Shown: piece after piece, positions 63,714 through 64,000 of the stretch
How the letters are laid out: each line of letters opens with the position of its first letter
Numbering within the stretch: position 1 is the stretch's first letter
Program-made: the position numbers and the translations under genes
Notes under the pieces: model-generated
What the model saw: only the letters and a program-made list of their open reading frames with translations
The model's database searches: none
Told to the model about the DNA's origin: nothing
Source: Gammaproteobacteria bacterium
GTDB taxonomy: Bacteria; Pseudomonadota; Gammaproteobacteria; Eutrophobiales; Eutrophobiaceae
DNA: 64,000 nt
Direction of reading: 5' to 3'
Assembly (NCBI GenBank): GCA_965229565.1
Contig: OZ245888.1
Coordinates: 1,296,639-1,360,638, forward strand

Positions 63714-64000
63714 CTACTCCCTGATAATGGCTTTAATGTCGTCCAGCATCTCTGTTGCCCTGCTGTAAAGGGGATCCTGCTTATCAGTATAGATTAGCAT
63801 CTCGTTCAGGCTAAATGCGGTTTGTTTCAACTGCACTACTCCCAGGTTATACCAGGCCTTGGCAAACTTCGGATCACGGATCACTGCCTCACGGTACAGG
63901 TTCATGGAGGCGTAGGGCCGATCGGTAGCAACATAGATATTGCCCAACCTGAACCAGAACTCGGCTTCCTGTGGCATTTCCTTGATTAGCGTGGTGTAGT
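63714..64000 (-). CDS. TPR-repeat protein (TadD-like), C-terminal part. The gene continues beyond the window end.
   Basis: TPR consensus residues (WFRLGNIY...AKAWYNLGVV). The open frame continues to position 64000. Confidence 0.55.
   Translation of the reverse strand, partial: YTTLIKEMPQEAEFWFRLGNIYVATDRPYASMNLYREAVIRDPKFAKAWYNLGVVQLKQTAFSLNEMLIYTDKQDPLYSRATEMLDDIKAIIRE

Overview
This 64-kb window looks like a gammaproteobacterial chromosomal segment (about 50% GC, high coding density). It has no rRNA or tRNA genes, no CRISPR array, and no transposase or integrase; I did not see any. Most of it is conserved housekeeping synteny. Reading left to right: a partial Ser/Thr kinase and a Rieske protein; carA-carB-greA-rlmE-ftsH-glmM (folP missing from its usual slot); an ArsC-like gene and dapD; a DMT transporter; leuB-asd-fimV-truA-trpF-trpB-trpA-accD-folC-dedD-cvpA-purF, which is the well-known Pseudomonas-type cluster; a PHB module (phaP, phaR, phaB, phaA, no phaC); a LysR regulator; sucA-sucB-lpd divergent from gltA-mdh; rppH; an nspC-like decarboxylase next to methionine-salvage genes mtnB-mtnD-mtnC; mpl; a Lon N-domain protein; an FAH-family hydrolase; a glycosyltransferase plus LpxH/PlcP-like phosphoesterase operon; an RnfE-like gene fused to an operon of nth, a DUF1841-like gene and a sigma-less partner-switching module (GAF-PP2C, RsbW-like, STAS); a convergent PP2C/FHA operon; DUF4124 and HDOD proteins; fdxA; an ABC-2 exporter; mutS; and the distal end of a tad pilus locus. 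The most unusual content is the 47-58 kb stretch, which combines the lipid-remodelling-like operon with its dyad and Pho-box-like promoter and a signalling island of partner-switching, FHA/PP2C, HDOD and DUF4124 genes. A second point of interest is a stand-alone paralog of the FimV N-terminal domain immediately upstream of fimV. Every call is from reading the translations and DNA motifs by eye. No database search was run.
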